Shown here: positions 31,201 to 39,024 of the stretch, piece after piece | Numbering within the stretch: position 1 is the stretch's first letter | Layout: each line of letters opens with the position of its first letter | IMG/VR virus record: IMGVR_UViG_3300031658_000004 | Span: 2,395-66,394 of that record | Length of the DNA: 64,000 bases | Source: a virus | Reading direction: 5' to 3' (one strand) | The notes under the pieces: model-generated | Seen by the model: only the letters and a program-made list of their open reading frames with translations | Database searches by the model: none | Told to the model about the DNA's origin: nothing | Program-made: the position numbers and the translations under genes

Positions 31201-32355
31201 TTATAACCATGTAACACCATTGAGTTCCCATACTGCATTCTTTAGCCATTTTTCTTCTTGACTGTCTTTAATATACAATACATAAACCTTTCCTGTCTTA
31301 CCTTCTTCCCACCTTATAAGCCTACCAACTCGCTGTATCATAGATAGTGCCTTAGACGTTAGCCCACACACTATACCAAGGTTTGCATTAGGTATATCTA
31401 AGCCTTGATTAAGAGCTTTGGTAGAACATAGTACGTTCACCTCTCCCTCTTTAAATCTCCTTAAAGCTTCTACCCTTTTTTTCTTAGTAATCTTACTGTG
31501 ATATACCTCTGCTAGCGGCGCAACGCTTTTAGCTAGAGTGTCTGTGAATTCATTTAATCCCCCAAATGTAATGATTCTCTTATCTAGATTATCATATACA
31601 AGTTGTTTAAACACTTCTATCTTATTATGTGCTTTATCCACAATACTCTTGCGTTCTCTAATAGTCTTATAGAACCCTGCTGCATGAGCTTTAAGCTCAT
31701 AACTAACATTAGGGCTCCTAAGAGCTGTCTTAGCAAACTCAAAGGCATTAGGATCTAAAGCCATCTTATGAGATACAAAGAGATTGTTCACTCTTTTGTA
31801 CTCTCTTCGCTCTTCAGAGGTTAACTCCAAAGGCATGCAATAGATTTCATACGGCGCAACCAACTCTTTTTCTACGCACTCATCTAAACTAATTTCATAT
31901 ATAGTTGGAGCAAGCTTATGAAGTTCCACCTTATACCTTGGTTCTTCTGGTAAAGTGGCTGTCATACATAATAGCTTGTCGTATGTATTATATTTAAAGA
32001 ATTTTCTATACTTCTCAGATAACCCAAGATGTATTTCATCACATATAACTATGTCATAATGTTTACTTCTAAGTTTATATGCTGACTGATAGCAGATGAT
32101 TTCTACTCTATCTAAACAGTCTTTACATTCCCATTTATCAAACTCTTCTTTAAATTGATCTTGCAGCTGTATCGTAGGTACTAATACCAGAGCGCTAGTA
32201 CCACCAAGAGTGTTAAGCACATGATTAACAGCCATGACGCCACACCTTGACTTACCAAACCCTGTTCCAGCGATAATGCTGCCACAATAATGATTAGCTG
32301 CCCAATTATTAAGAGCCAACCTCTGTTCTTTATCTTTTGTTTCATGTAATTTCAT
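31201..32355 (-). CDS. Superfamily 2 helicase (ResIII/UvsW-like)
   Basis: GTGFGKS, DEIH, TAT, QGLDIP, QRVGR. Confidence 0.9.
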   Translation of the reverse strand: MKLHETKDKEQRLALNNWAANHYCGSIIAGTGFGKSRCGVMAVNHVLNTLGGTSALVLVPTIQLQDQFKEEFDKWECKDCLDRVEIICYQSAYKLRSKHYDIVICDEIHLGLSEKYRKFFKYNTYDKLLCMTATLPEEPRYKVELHKLAPTIYEISLDECVEKELVAPYEIYCMPLELTSEERREYKRVNNLFVSHKMALDPNAFEFAKTALRSPNVSYELKAHAAGFYKTIRERKSIVDKAHNKIEVFKQLVYDNLDKRIITFGGLNEFTDTLAKSVAPLAEVYHSKITKKKRVEALRRFKEGEVNVLCSTKALNQGLDIPNANLGIVCGLTSKALSMIQRVGRLIRWEEGKTGKVYVLYIKDSQEEKWLKNAVWELNGVTWL

Positions 32356-32709
32356 TTATTCTCGTTTCATTTTTAAATATTTCTCTATAGTCTTACGTAT
32401 AGTAACTACACCTATACCAAGATCTTCTGACATACGCTCCATTGTATGATTGTGATTCCTATAAAAGTAATCAATTATAACACTATCTCGTTTGCTTAGG
32501 AAGACCGTTAGATCCTTCCCATTAACAGACTTCTTGAAATAGTTATATTGTGCATCAAATTCTTTCTCTTTAAATAGATCGTAATCTGATGTTTCAGTTT
32601 CTCCACTGTATTTCCACAATTGATCTGCAGTCTTTACAATAGGTCCATTATCTTTTTGCCATTGCTGTTCTTCTTCCATTTGCACAGCTACATGATGTCT
32701 TTCTTTCAT
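32356..32709 (-). CDS. HTH protein
   Basis: TMERMSEDLGIGVVTIRKTI sigma-region-4-like HTH. Confidence 0.6.
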   Translation of the reverse strand: MKERHHVAVQMEEEQQWQKDNGPIVKTADQLWKYSGETETSDYDLFKEKEFDAQYNYFKKSVNGKDLTVFLSKRDSVIIDYFYRNHNHTMERMSEDLGIGVVTIRKTIEKYLKMKRE

Positions 32710-32714
32710 AACAT

Positions 32715-32954
32715 CTAGACTCGTGGTCCTGTATCTGGTGATAGGCCTCCTGAACGTGTTTTACCTCCATACTGGTCTGTAGTTGTTACAAGTTCTTTAA
32801 GCTTTTTATCTGCAACTTCTATTAAAACTTCTACTGCCCATATCTCTGCAAATCGTACTAACTGCTCTTCAGTGTACTCTTGCTTTCCTCCCGGATCAAA
32901 TATTGGGTCCAACTCACTGATAATATCAGAGTGTAAGTATTCTTTTGCATCCAT
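32715..32954 (-). CDS. Hypothetical protein
   Basis: 79 aa ORF in co-oriented cluster. Confidence 0.55.
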   Translation of the reverse strand: MDAKEYLHSDIISELDPIFDPGGKQEYTEEQLVRFAEIWAVEVLIEVADKKLKELVTTTDQYGGKTRSGGLSPDTGPRV

Positions 32955-32997
32955 AATTTATTACGCCTTTGTTAGTGACAAGGTCTTTAGTCTTAAT

Positions 32998-33390
32998 TTA
33001 TTTATATGTTTTAGTACCATCCTCATCAAGGAAAAATGTACCGTTATTATCTGTTGCAGTATATCCACCTTTGCTAGTTACTGTACCATTTGAAATGTCT
33101 CCACCTGTAAGAGTATCTACGTTAGTCGTAGTTCCAGTCCCACTTAGTTTATCACCTGTTAATTCTTCAACAGTTTTAGCTGGCTCATCTGAATTCAACA
33201 CCTTAAATACTTCTTCTGTCATATATTCTTGGTATTTATCCCAAAGTTCTTCCACCACATCCATCGGTGCTTCAGGAAATCTTTTTATTATAAACCTGCC
33301 AAAGTCTATACAAGTATCTTTAAAGTCTACATCTATTTTTAAGTCTTTGTAGCTATCTTCTGCCATAGCCTTAGCATCTCTTTTGTCCAT
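32998..33390 (-). CDS. Hypothetical protein
   Basis: 130 aa ORF in co-oriented cluster. Confidence 0.6.
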   Translation of the reverse strand: MDKRDAKAMAEDSYKDLKIDVDFKDTCIDFGRFIIKRFPEAPMDVVEELWDKYQEYMTEEVFKVLNSDEPAKTVEELTGDKLSGTGTTTNVDTLTGGDISNGTVTSKGGYTATDNNGTFFLDEDGTKTYK

Positions 33391-33435
33391 ATCTTTTATT
33401 TTAATTCTTGATTCGCGAATTGCACATTAATTGCA

Positions 33436-33642
33436 CTATTTGCACATCTTGGTATCACAATTTGTGATTTCAAGTTTTATCTCCAATAAAGTGTTCATTA
33501 CACTCAACAATATCTCCATATTTTTGTTGTTTCCATTTAACATTATAATGTGATTGTCTTGTAAATTAATGAATAAACAAGACAAATTATATGCATTTAC
33601 ATTCTTTAATGTGATTTTCACCTCCATTATATTTACTTGCAT
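33436..33642 (-). CDS. Hypothetical protein
   Basis: 68 aa, preceded by structured element. Confidence 0.45.
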   Translation of the reverse strand: MQVNIMEVKITLKNVNAYNLSCLFINLQDNHIIMLNGNNKNMEILLSVMNTLLEIKLEITNCDTKMCK

Positions 33643-33661
33643 ATAGTTTAAGTTTACTCCA

Positions 33662-33711
33662 GGGTGAGCAAGAGTATTAACCTTATGGCAAAAACGCCTT
33701 TATGCTCACCC
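33662..33711 (-). promoter_or_regulatory. Structured intergenic element (motif copy 1)
   Basis: Perfect 9-bp inverted repeat GGGTGAGCA/TGCTCACCC enclosing AAAGGC..GCC-N7-TAATACTC. Confidence 0.55.
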
Positions 33712-33722
33712 CTTCGTAATGT

Positions 33723-35621
33723 TTATTTCTCCCAACATTTACTTACTGTTACTTCAGCCTTTAATAGGCCATTTGTTACTATCTCTTCAGCTGCTGTCTC
33801 CATTATTATCTTCATAAGTATAGTCCATTCATCTAAATACTCATTACTACATATAGTATCTATTTGATCATGCACAGTCATTACTAATTTAACAGGAGCA
33901 TTACTAATAGCTATATGAGTACGCATTAATACTAAAGCACGCTTAGTCATATCTGCACTAGCTCCTTGAATAGGTGTATTCTTACTAGCTCTTTCAATTG
34001 ATGAGAACTCTTGAGAGTTTTCTCTTGAGTTATACATCTTAGGGAACCAATTAGTAAACCATCTTCTTCTATTATAAGGAGGGAAGGTTTTAATATAACC
34101 AAACTTTGTACCAAAACTGCCAAGCTTATCCAAGAATCCTTTGATTGATGGGAACGCATTGAAATAGTCTTCAATTAATTGTTCAGCATCTTTCTTATCT
34201 ATTTGTAGAGTATCAGCTAATTTGCTTGCACCCATACCATAAGCAAGACCAAAGTTAATAGTCTTAACGTTAGTTCTAAGCCTCTTATGTTCTTTACACT
34301 TACATTTAGACTTGTTCTTCATATACTCACAATCAGGTTCAGCCTGATCAGTCCACTTTGAACCATAAACCAACTCAGCACATACACTATGTAAATCTTT
34401 ACCTTCTTCTAATGCTTGTAACCATACAGGATCTTTTGATCCAAATGCTATAACGTTTAACTCTTGTGAGCTATAATCAGCTGAGACATACTTCCAACCT
34501 TCTGGTGCTATAAAGCAATTACGAAAGGCATTATCTGCTGGTATCTGTTGCATATTAGGACGAGCACTACTTACTCTACCTGTGTCTAGTATTTGATTGA
34601 AGCTTGTGTGTACTCTACCATCAGACTTTAAACTTGATATAAACTTTGCCCCATAAGAAGAATAGATTTTCATCTGCTCTTTATATGTTATGTAAGTCTT
34701 AATCATCTTAAACTTGTTTACATACTTAGATATATCTTTACCATTTACATTAGTAAGCTTAGGTATAAACTGTTGAAATACATCTAGTACTTGTTTAGGA
34801 CTTGTCCACTTAACATTCACTTGTCTTAATTCACTAACATCAGAGAATAAATCTCCTTGTATATGTGTAGGAATAAATTTAGTTAGTTGGTTGTCAGTTA
34901 ATATATATTCATCTAACTCTGCTTCGCAGTCTTCAGCTTTGATAAGAGCATTTTCAGCTAATCCAAGCCATTTTTCTGTATCTAAATCTAAACCATTATA
35001 TTCAATATCAGCAAATGCTAACACTGCTTCATTCTCTAAGTTTATTGTATTTTCTAATTTATGTAGTGCTGTGTATCCATCTTGCTTATTCTTTAAAGCA
35101 ATTAAGAATTCAACATCTTTAGCTGCGTATACTAATTGAGGTACTGTGAAATCTCCTGTGTGTCCAATAAAACTAGACTGTTGAGTCTTATCCATTTGAA
35201 TACCAAGGTTTCTTTCTAATGTATTTAATAGTGATACTGATAATCCTTTACCACAAGTTAATACTTTTTCTCCTAACATAGTATCATATACATTTTCACA
35301 TTGTATATCAAAGCTAGACCTAATGAAGTTTACATCAAACTTAGCATTATGAAATATCTTTGTTATAGTTGTGCTTTCAAGTACTTCCTTTAGCTCTTGT
35401 ATATCGTGTCCTCGAGTCTCTATTAAGAACTGTTTATCTTCATCTCCTATCTGAAATAGTATTACTCTGTCATCAGTGTAATCTAATCCAGTTGTTTCAG
35501 TATCAATTGCTAAGATACTCTTATCTTTACAATAAGATACAACCTCTTCCATGGTTACATGGTCGAAGTTGTCTCTTTGTAATCTATCATTAACTAGTTG
35601 TATAGTTTTATTTATTTCCAT
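33723..35621 (-). CDS. polA: DNA polymerase family A with 3'-5' exonuclease
   Basis: DTETTG, HNAKFD, TGRVSS, NMQQIP, DYSSQEL, KTINFGLAYG, NTPIQG, VHDQ. Confidence 0.95.
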   Translation of the reverse strand: MEINKTIQLVNDRLQRDNFDHVTMEEVVSYCKDKSILAIDTETTGLDYTDDRVILFQIGDEDKQFLIETRGHDIQELKEVLESTTITKIFHNAKFDVNFIRSSFDIQCENVYDTMLGEKVLTCGKGLSVSLLNTLERNLGIQMDKTQQSSFIGHTGDFTVPQLVYAAKDVEFLIALKNKQDGYTALHKLENTINLENEAVLAFADIEYNGLDLDTEKWLGLAENALIKAEDCEAELDEYILTDNQLTKFIPTHIQGDLFSDVSELRQVNVKWTSPKQVLDVFQQFIPKLTNVNGKDISKYVNKFKMIKTYITYKEQMKIYSSYGAKFISSLKSDGRVHTSFNQILDTGRVSSARPNMQQIPADNAFRNCFIAPEGWKYVSADYSSQELNVIAFGSKDPVWLQALEEGKDLHSVCAELVYGSKWTDQAEPDCEYMKNKSKCKCKEHKRLRTNVKTINFGLAYGMGASKLADTLQIDKKDAEQLIEDYFNAFPSIKGFLDKLGSFGTKFGYIKTFPPYNRRRWFTNWFPKMYNSRENSQEFSSIERASKNTPIQGASADMTKRALVLMRTHIAISNAPVKLVMTVHDQIDTICSNEYLDEWTILMKIIMETAAEEIVTNGLLKAEVTVSKCWEK

Positions 35622-35808
35622 AATTTAATGTTTGAGGTTGTAGACCTTCCGAGTTACTGTTATTTAAGGTAGGTTGTTTAACACCAAACTGCATCTCAAA
35701 TGTAGATACATTAGTAATTATCTTAGGTAATTTAATGTAGTGGGATATAACTCCTTGTGTACATTCTGACTTCCCATAGATAGGGAATAATATAGTTTGT
35801 TTAGACAT
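35608..35808 (-). CDS. Hypothetical protein
   Basis: 66 aa overlapping polA start. Confidence 0.5.
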   Translation of the reverse strand: MSKQTILFPIYGKSECTQGVISHYIKLPKIITNVSTFEMQFGVKQPTLNNSNSEGLQPQTLNYGNK

Positions 35809-35823
35809 GTTAGTTTTTAAATA

Positions 35824-35867
35824 TAAACAAGAGTGAATGAATTAGAGGAAACATCCACCCTTGTTTA
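35824..35867 (-). promoter_or_regulatory. Long hairpin (terminator or RNase III-type processing site)
   Basis: Minus AAACAAGGGUGGAUG / CAUUCACUCUUGUUU with G-U pairs that work only on the minus strand. Confidence 0.55.
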
Positions 35868-35880
35868 ATTAAATGCTATG

Positions 35881-36468
35881 TTATAGCATCATACTTGTAT
35901 CGAAATCTTCTACAGCTTCCATAGTCTCTGATGCAGCAAGAGTCTTAGAGTCTGGTTGTAAGAATGTATGAAGGTTATCTGTATCTTCATTAGTTTGAAT
36001 AACATCAGTATTACTAAAGATGTAATCTCCTTCACTTGTAATGAAATCTCCGTCTTTTCCTTTTCTCTTTGCAGATTGCTCAAGATTATCAGCTTGCCAT
36101 TCAGATGGCTCTGTAGTTTCTTCGATGATTACTCTGAATCTAGTTCCTTGATACTCTGGATTTAAGATATCTAACTCTAAAATTTCTCCTTTAGGAGTCA
36201 TTTCCCAGTCAGCATCATTACCAAAGTTTACTCCAAATACATCAGATGCATCAGCAGGCTCAGCAGTTAACCAACATCTTCTAGCACTTGAACTAAATCT
36301 TTCGTCTGATTTGTTAAGTAAGCCTAAAGCACTCATTGGTTTAGTTGTAGCACTAATGATTTCTGCAAATTCTAAATGTATCTTGTTGTTTTTCACTTTT
36401 CTAGCATTTACTAATAAAGTGTCTCCTTTTTTAAGTGCATCTATTGCACTCTTGTTGTTTTGTCCCAT
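35881..36468 (-). CDS. Putative single-stranded DNA-binding protein
   Basis: 195 aa, beta-rich, acidic C-terminal tail, just upstream of polA. Confidence 0.45.
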   Translation of the reverse strand: MGQNNKSAIDALKKGDTLLVNARKVKNNKIHLEFAEIISATTKPMSALGLLNKSDERFSSSARRCWLTAEPADASDVFGVNFGNDADWEMTPKGEILELDILNPEYQGTRFRVIIEETTEPSEWQADNLEQSAKRKGKDGDFITSEGDYIFSNTDVIQTNEDTDNLHTFLQPDSKTLAASETMEAVEDFDTSMML

Positions 36469-36496
36469 GTTGTTTAATTGTTTTTATGGATTATTT

Positions 36497-36530
36497 TTGA
36501 TGATTTAATAAAGGTATATCATCAACCTTT
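36497..36530 (-). promoter_or_regulatory. H-type pseudoknot in 5' leader
   Basis: AAAGGU/ACCUUU stem; loop UGAUGAU complementary to downstream AUCAUCA. Confidence 0.6.
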
Positions 36531-36718
36531 TATATTGTATCTTTGTGTAATACTATACTTATCTTATTATTTAGTATAAGTTTAATAAAGTCTAACATAT
36601 TCTTTCGAGAGCCTTTTGCTTTGCTTATCTCCCAGTCTATTAGGTTTGTTAATCTAAATAAGTTCTTTACACTCATATTTGTAGTACATATCTTTTTGTT
36701 ACGGATTTTAATGGTCAT
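36530..36718 (-). CDS. Hypothetical protein
   Basis: 62 aa basic ORF. Confidence 0.45.
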   Translation of the reverse strand: MTIKIRNKKICTTNMSVKNLFRLTNLIDWEISKAKGSRKNMLDFIKLILNNKISIVLHKDTI

Positions 36719-36737
36719 TTATTATGTAAGGTATTAG

Positions 36738-36807
36738 ATAATCCTCCTGAATGCGTCGAGTATTAGTCATCAGGCGCATGCCTTTCCGTCTTATATCGTG
36801 GGATTAT
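36738..36807 (-). ncRNA. Unclassified structured RNA element (motif copy 2)
   Basis: AUAAUCC/GGAUUAU closing stem; internal AGGC-AUGC-GCCU hairpin; AUGCG/CGCAU and CCUGA/UCAGG pairings; GC-richer than flanks. Confidence 0.5.
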
Positions 36808-36814
36808 TGTGTTA

Positions 36815-37093
36815 TTAATCGTGAGAGATACTGCTATTTGGGGATAAGTATAATGCTGCCTTACTTAAACCTGATAATAATGTAAGTTTAGTGTCATCAT
36901 TATCATCTAATGTACCATCAATGTATGTTATAGCAGTTTTAAGTGCTTTTATCATATTTTGAGTAGGTCGTTCGTTTAACTTCTCGGTGGCATCTATTAA
37001 GTCTGCTCCTATACTATCTAATTGTGCAGTTAACTTAGTTATTTCCAAGTTCTTTGCTAATATCTTACTGTTTAGTTCCGTAAATTCTGACAT
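36815..37093 (-). CDS. Coiled-coil hypothetical protein downstream of twister
   Basis: 92 aa, heptad pattern. Confidence 0.65.
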   Translation of the reverse strand: MSEFTELNSKILAKNLEITKLTAQLDSIGADLIDATEKLNERPTQNMIKALKTAITYIDGTLDDNDDTKLTLLSGLSKAALYLSPNSSISHD

Positions 37094-37120
37094 TTGTCTA
37101 ATTTTTAATTAATAAATTGT

Positions 37121-37176
37121 GTGCTCACTCTGCATTTCTCAACTAGGCTTGTGACCAGTATTGCTGCATTAAGCAC
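37121..37176 (-). ncRNA. Twister self-cleaving ribozyme (type P1)
   Basis: GUGCU-UAA-UGCA-GC-AAUA-CUGG-UCAC-AAGC-CUAG-UUGAGAAA-UGCA-GA-GUGA-GCAC: P1, P2, P4, T1 (UCAC/GUGA) and T2 (GC/GC) pseudoknots and conserved UAA/AAGC/GAG nucleotides all present. Confidence 0.9.
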
Positions 37177-37545
37177 GAGCTAGGGAGTTATCAACTCCAG
37201 AATTCAATCAATGGCCTTACGACCTTTACTCTCGACACATATTATAGAGTTCAACCTCTATTATCACATATTTCTATGCATTTAACACCCCACTACAGGA
37301 TATAATATATTACCTAAGCTCAATGACGTGAACTATTATGGCAATCTTGTGTCATAAAACAATAGATTTATTCTATTATTGTTTATGAATTCTTATCAGT
37401 TTCTATTGTTAAATAGATGAAACTACTCACATTTGTAAGTAATCCTACGACTAGATGTCTAACTAATACCGAGATACCATTGTTTCCACTGGTACTATAC
37501 TCGATTCTATCTCTAAGAGAGGCTTGCAAACCTCCCCTTGCTATC
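37177..37545 (-). ncRNA. Candidate large structured non-coding RNA (~370 nt)
   Basis: About ten consecutive hairpins with GNRA loops (GGAA, GAAA, GUAA), G-U pairs favouring the minus strand, long-range GAGCUUAGG/CCUAGCUC helix. Confidence 0.6.
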
Positions 37546-37743
37546 TTATTTGTAATATCTATCTGCAATATCTTTAGACTCTCCTATCTTTAAGTCTGTT
37601 ATACATTCAATTATCCTAACTGTGCTTGACTTGCTAAATCTTCTACTAAGTTTTTTAGCAATATCATCTAATTGAGTACCACTAGTTTGATTTGCTAATA
37701 TTTCTAAGGACTTAGCTATCCTTTTTGCTGTTGGTTCAGTCAT
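37546..37743 (-). CDS. Hypothetical early protein
   Basis: 65 aa ORF. Confidence 0.6.
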   Translation of the reverse strand: MTEPTAKRIAKSLEILANQTSGTQLDDIAKKLSRRFSKSSTVRIIECITDLKIGESKDIADRYYK

Positions 37744-37759
37744 CTCAATTATTTATTAA

Positions 37760-37972
37760 TTACCACCTATGCTGTATTTTAGGCACATCAAATACTAAAT
37801 GAGCATTATCATCCCAAGGTCTATTTGGGCATGATGTACTATCTTGTATTTGTGGTGTATCATATCTAGTTATATGTACATCTAACTCCTCTGATTCTAT
37901 AACATCAGAGAAGTTATCTTGTTTAAGATACATATCTGTCGATACTATCTTATCTTCATAATTATATCTCAT
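37760..37972 (-). CDS. Hypothetical early protein
   Basis: 70 aa ORF. Confidence 0.55.
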   Translation of the reverse strand: MRYNYEDKIVSTDMYLKQDNFSDVIESEELDVHITRYDTPQIQDSTSCPNRPWDDNAHLVFDVPKIQHRW

Positions 37973-38145
37973 GACTTAATTATATCTTTTAATACATCTA
38001 CTTGTGCTTGTAGTTTAGTGTTATTTGTTTCAAGATAGTGAACTAAGGCTTCTATTTTATATAGTAAGTCTTGAGGTACAACATAAAGATGCTCTCTATG
38101 TCTTATTATTTCTCGTTTTAATTGATTTCTTTCTAGTATATTCAT
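37969..38145 (-). CDS. 58-aa hypothetical early protein (not in ORF track)
   Basis: MNILERNQLKREIIRHREHL...; ATGA overlap with next gene. Confidence 0.6.
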   Translation of the reverse strand: MNILERNQLKREIIRHREHLYVVPQDLLYKIEALVHYLETNNTKLQAQVDVLKDIIKS

Positions 38146-38159
38146 CTCTTTATTTATGT

Positions 38160-38465
38160 TTAGGTAATGATTAGTTCTTTGTATAGTTTATTTATTCTTG
38201 TTTCTTCATCATCATTTAAACCCGCTGAATTCTCTTTAGTATGACTATCTTGAAATATACCTAATTGATTCGCATCATGTAAATGTTTGAGTAAACAGAT
38301 TATTGTTGTGTAATGATGATGACATATTTCAATTGATTTTGAATCACATCCATCAGCATTAGGAACATCACAACAAATAGCTTTAGCTAGTTTTGTTAAT
38401 GTTACTCTAGGGTCATCCCATTTTGCATCAAATCTTGTATTACGGTCTATGCTTTTTTTACTCAT
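38160..38465 (-). CDS. Hypothetical Cys/His-rich early protein
   Basis: 101 aa; CC..C..CHHH..C. Confidence 0.55.
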   Translation of the reverse strand: MSKKSIDRNTRFDAKWDDPRVTLTKLAKAICCDVPNADGCDSKSIEICHHHYTTIICLLKHLHDANQLGIFQDSHTKENSAGLNDDEETRINKLYKELIIT

Positions 38466-38489
38466 GTCTTTATCTAGTTTAATTAATGT

Positions 38490-38726
38490 TTATGCACTGT
38501 ACCAATGAGAGCGCATTTCATACTCCAACTCAAGTGTTTCTTGTTTATGTTTGCTAATTCTATTATATTCTTTATCTGTTAAAGTTATTTCTTTATAGTC
38601 ATCTGGATAATCTGTGCAAAGTTTCTTATACTCAGCAATGCATGAAATACCTCTATTTTCTAAAAGAACTATATTATCTAAGAAACTTGTTTCTATATCC
38701 TCTATTAATATTGCTTTTTTTGCCAT
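38490..38726 (-). CDS. Hypothetical early protein
   Basis: 78 aa ORF. Confidence 0.6.
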   Translation of the reverse strand: MAKKAILIEDIETSFLDNIVLLENRGISCIAEYKKLCTDYPDDYKEITLTDKEYNRISKHKQETLELEYEMRSHWYSA

Positions 38727-38752
38727 ATCTTTATTTAGTTTAATTAGGTTGT

Positions 38753-39018
38753 GTTGTTAATGGTGCTTTCAGATTACTCTTAATCACACCATCATCAACT
38801 ATTTGTTTAAAAATAACAGGTCAGCAGCTGTTTTATTGGTGTCACATTCCCATTATTGGGCACCACTACTGTTCGACACCAACTCTAGATGGTTATCACT
38901 AACCGTTGGGCTTATTGTTACACCTGTTATTATGTTATGTGGTTATATAACAACTCTACCGTTACCTTTAGCATAAAGCATAATCAGTAATCATTTATCA
39001 ATAGATGTTGTTATATAA
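38753..39018 (-). ncRNA. Three tandem structured RNA domains
   Basis: Stems TTATATAACAAC/GTTGTTATATAA, AATAACAGGT/ACCTGTTATT (multibranch) and GTTGATGATGGTG/CACCATTAACAAC fill a gap with no listed ORF. Confidence 0.5.
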
Positions 39019-39024
39019 GTGTTA

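Noticed and set aside
36497-36530. preQ1-I riboswitch
   Set aside because: Similar size and topology, but it lacks the loop cytidine and the A-rich tail consensus, and no queuosine genes are nearby
36766-36790. Hammerhead ribozyme suggested by CUGAUGA and GAAA on the minus strand
   Set aside because: No stem I or cleavage triplet between GAAA-stem III and CUGAUGA, and no GAAA after a stem II; topology does not fit any permutation
36755-36792. c-di-GMP-I/cGAMP riboswitch resemblance (GACGGAAAG, AAUACU)
   Set aside because: Segments are in reversed order and the GNRA/receptor arms are missing
37270-37300. tmRNA/tRNA start suggested by GGGGUG
   Set aside because: No matching acceptor stem, T-arm (UUCRA) or CCA end; no tRNA genes recognised anywhere in the window
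37383-37568. 61-aa ORF in track
   Set aside because: Overlaps the upstream gene by 23 nt and coincides with dense RNA helices; more likely incidental, though not excluded
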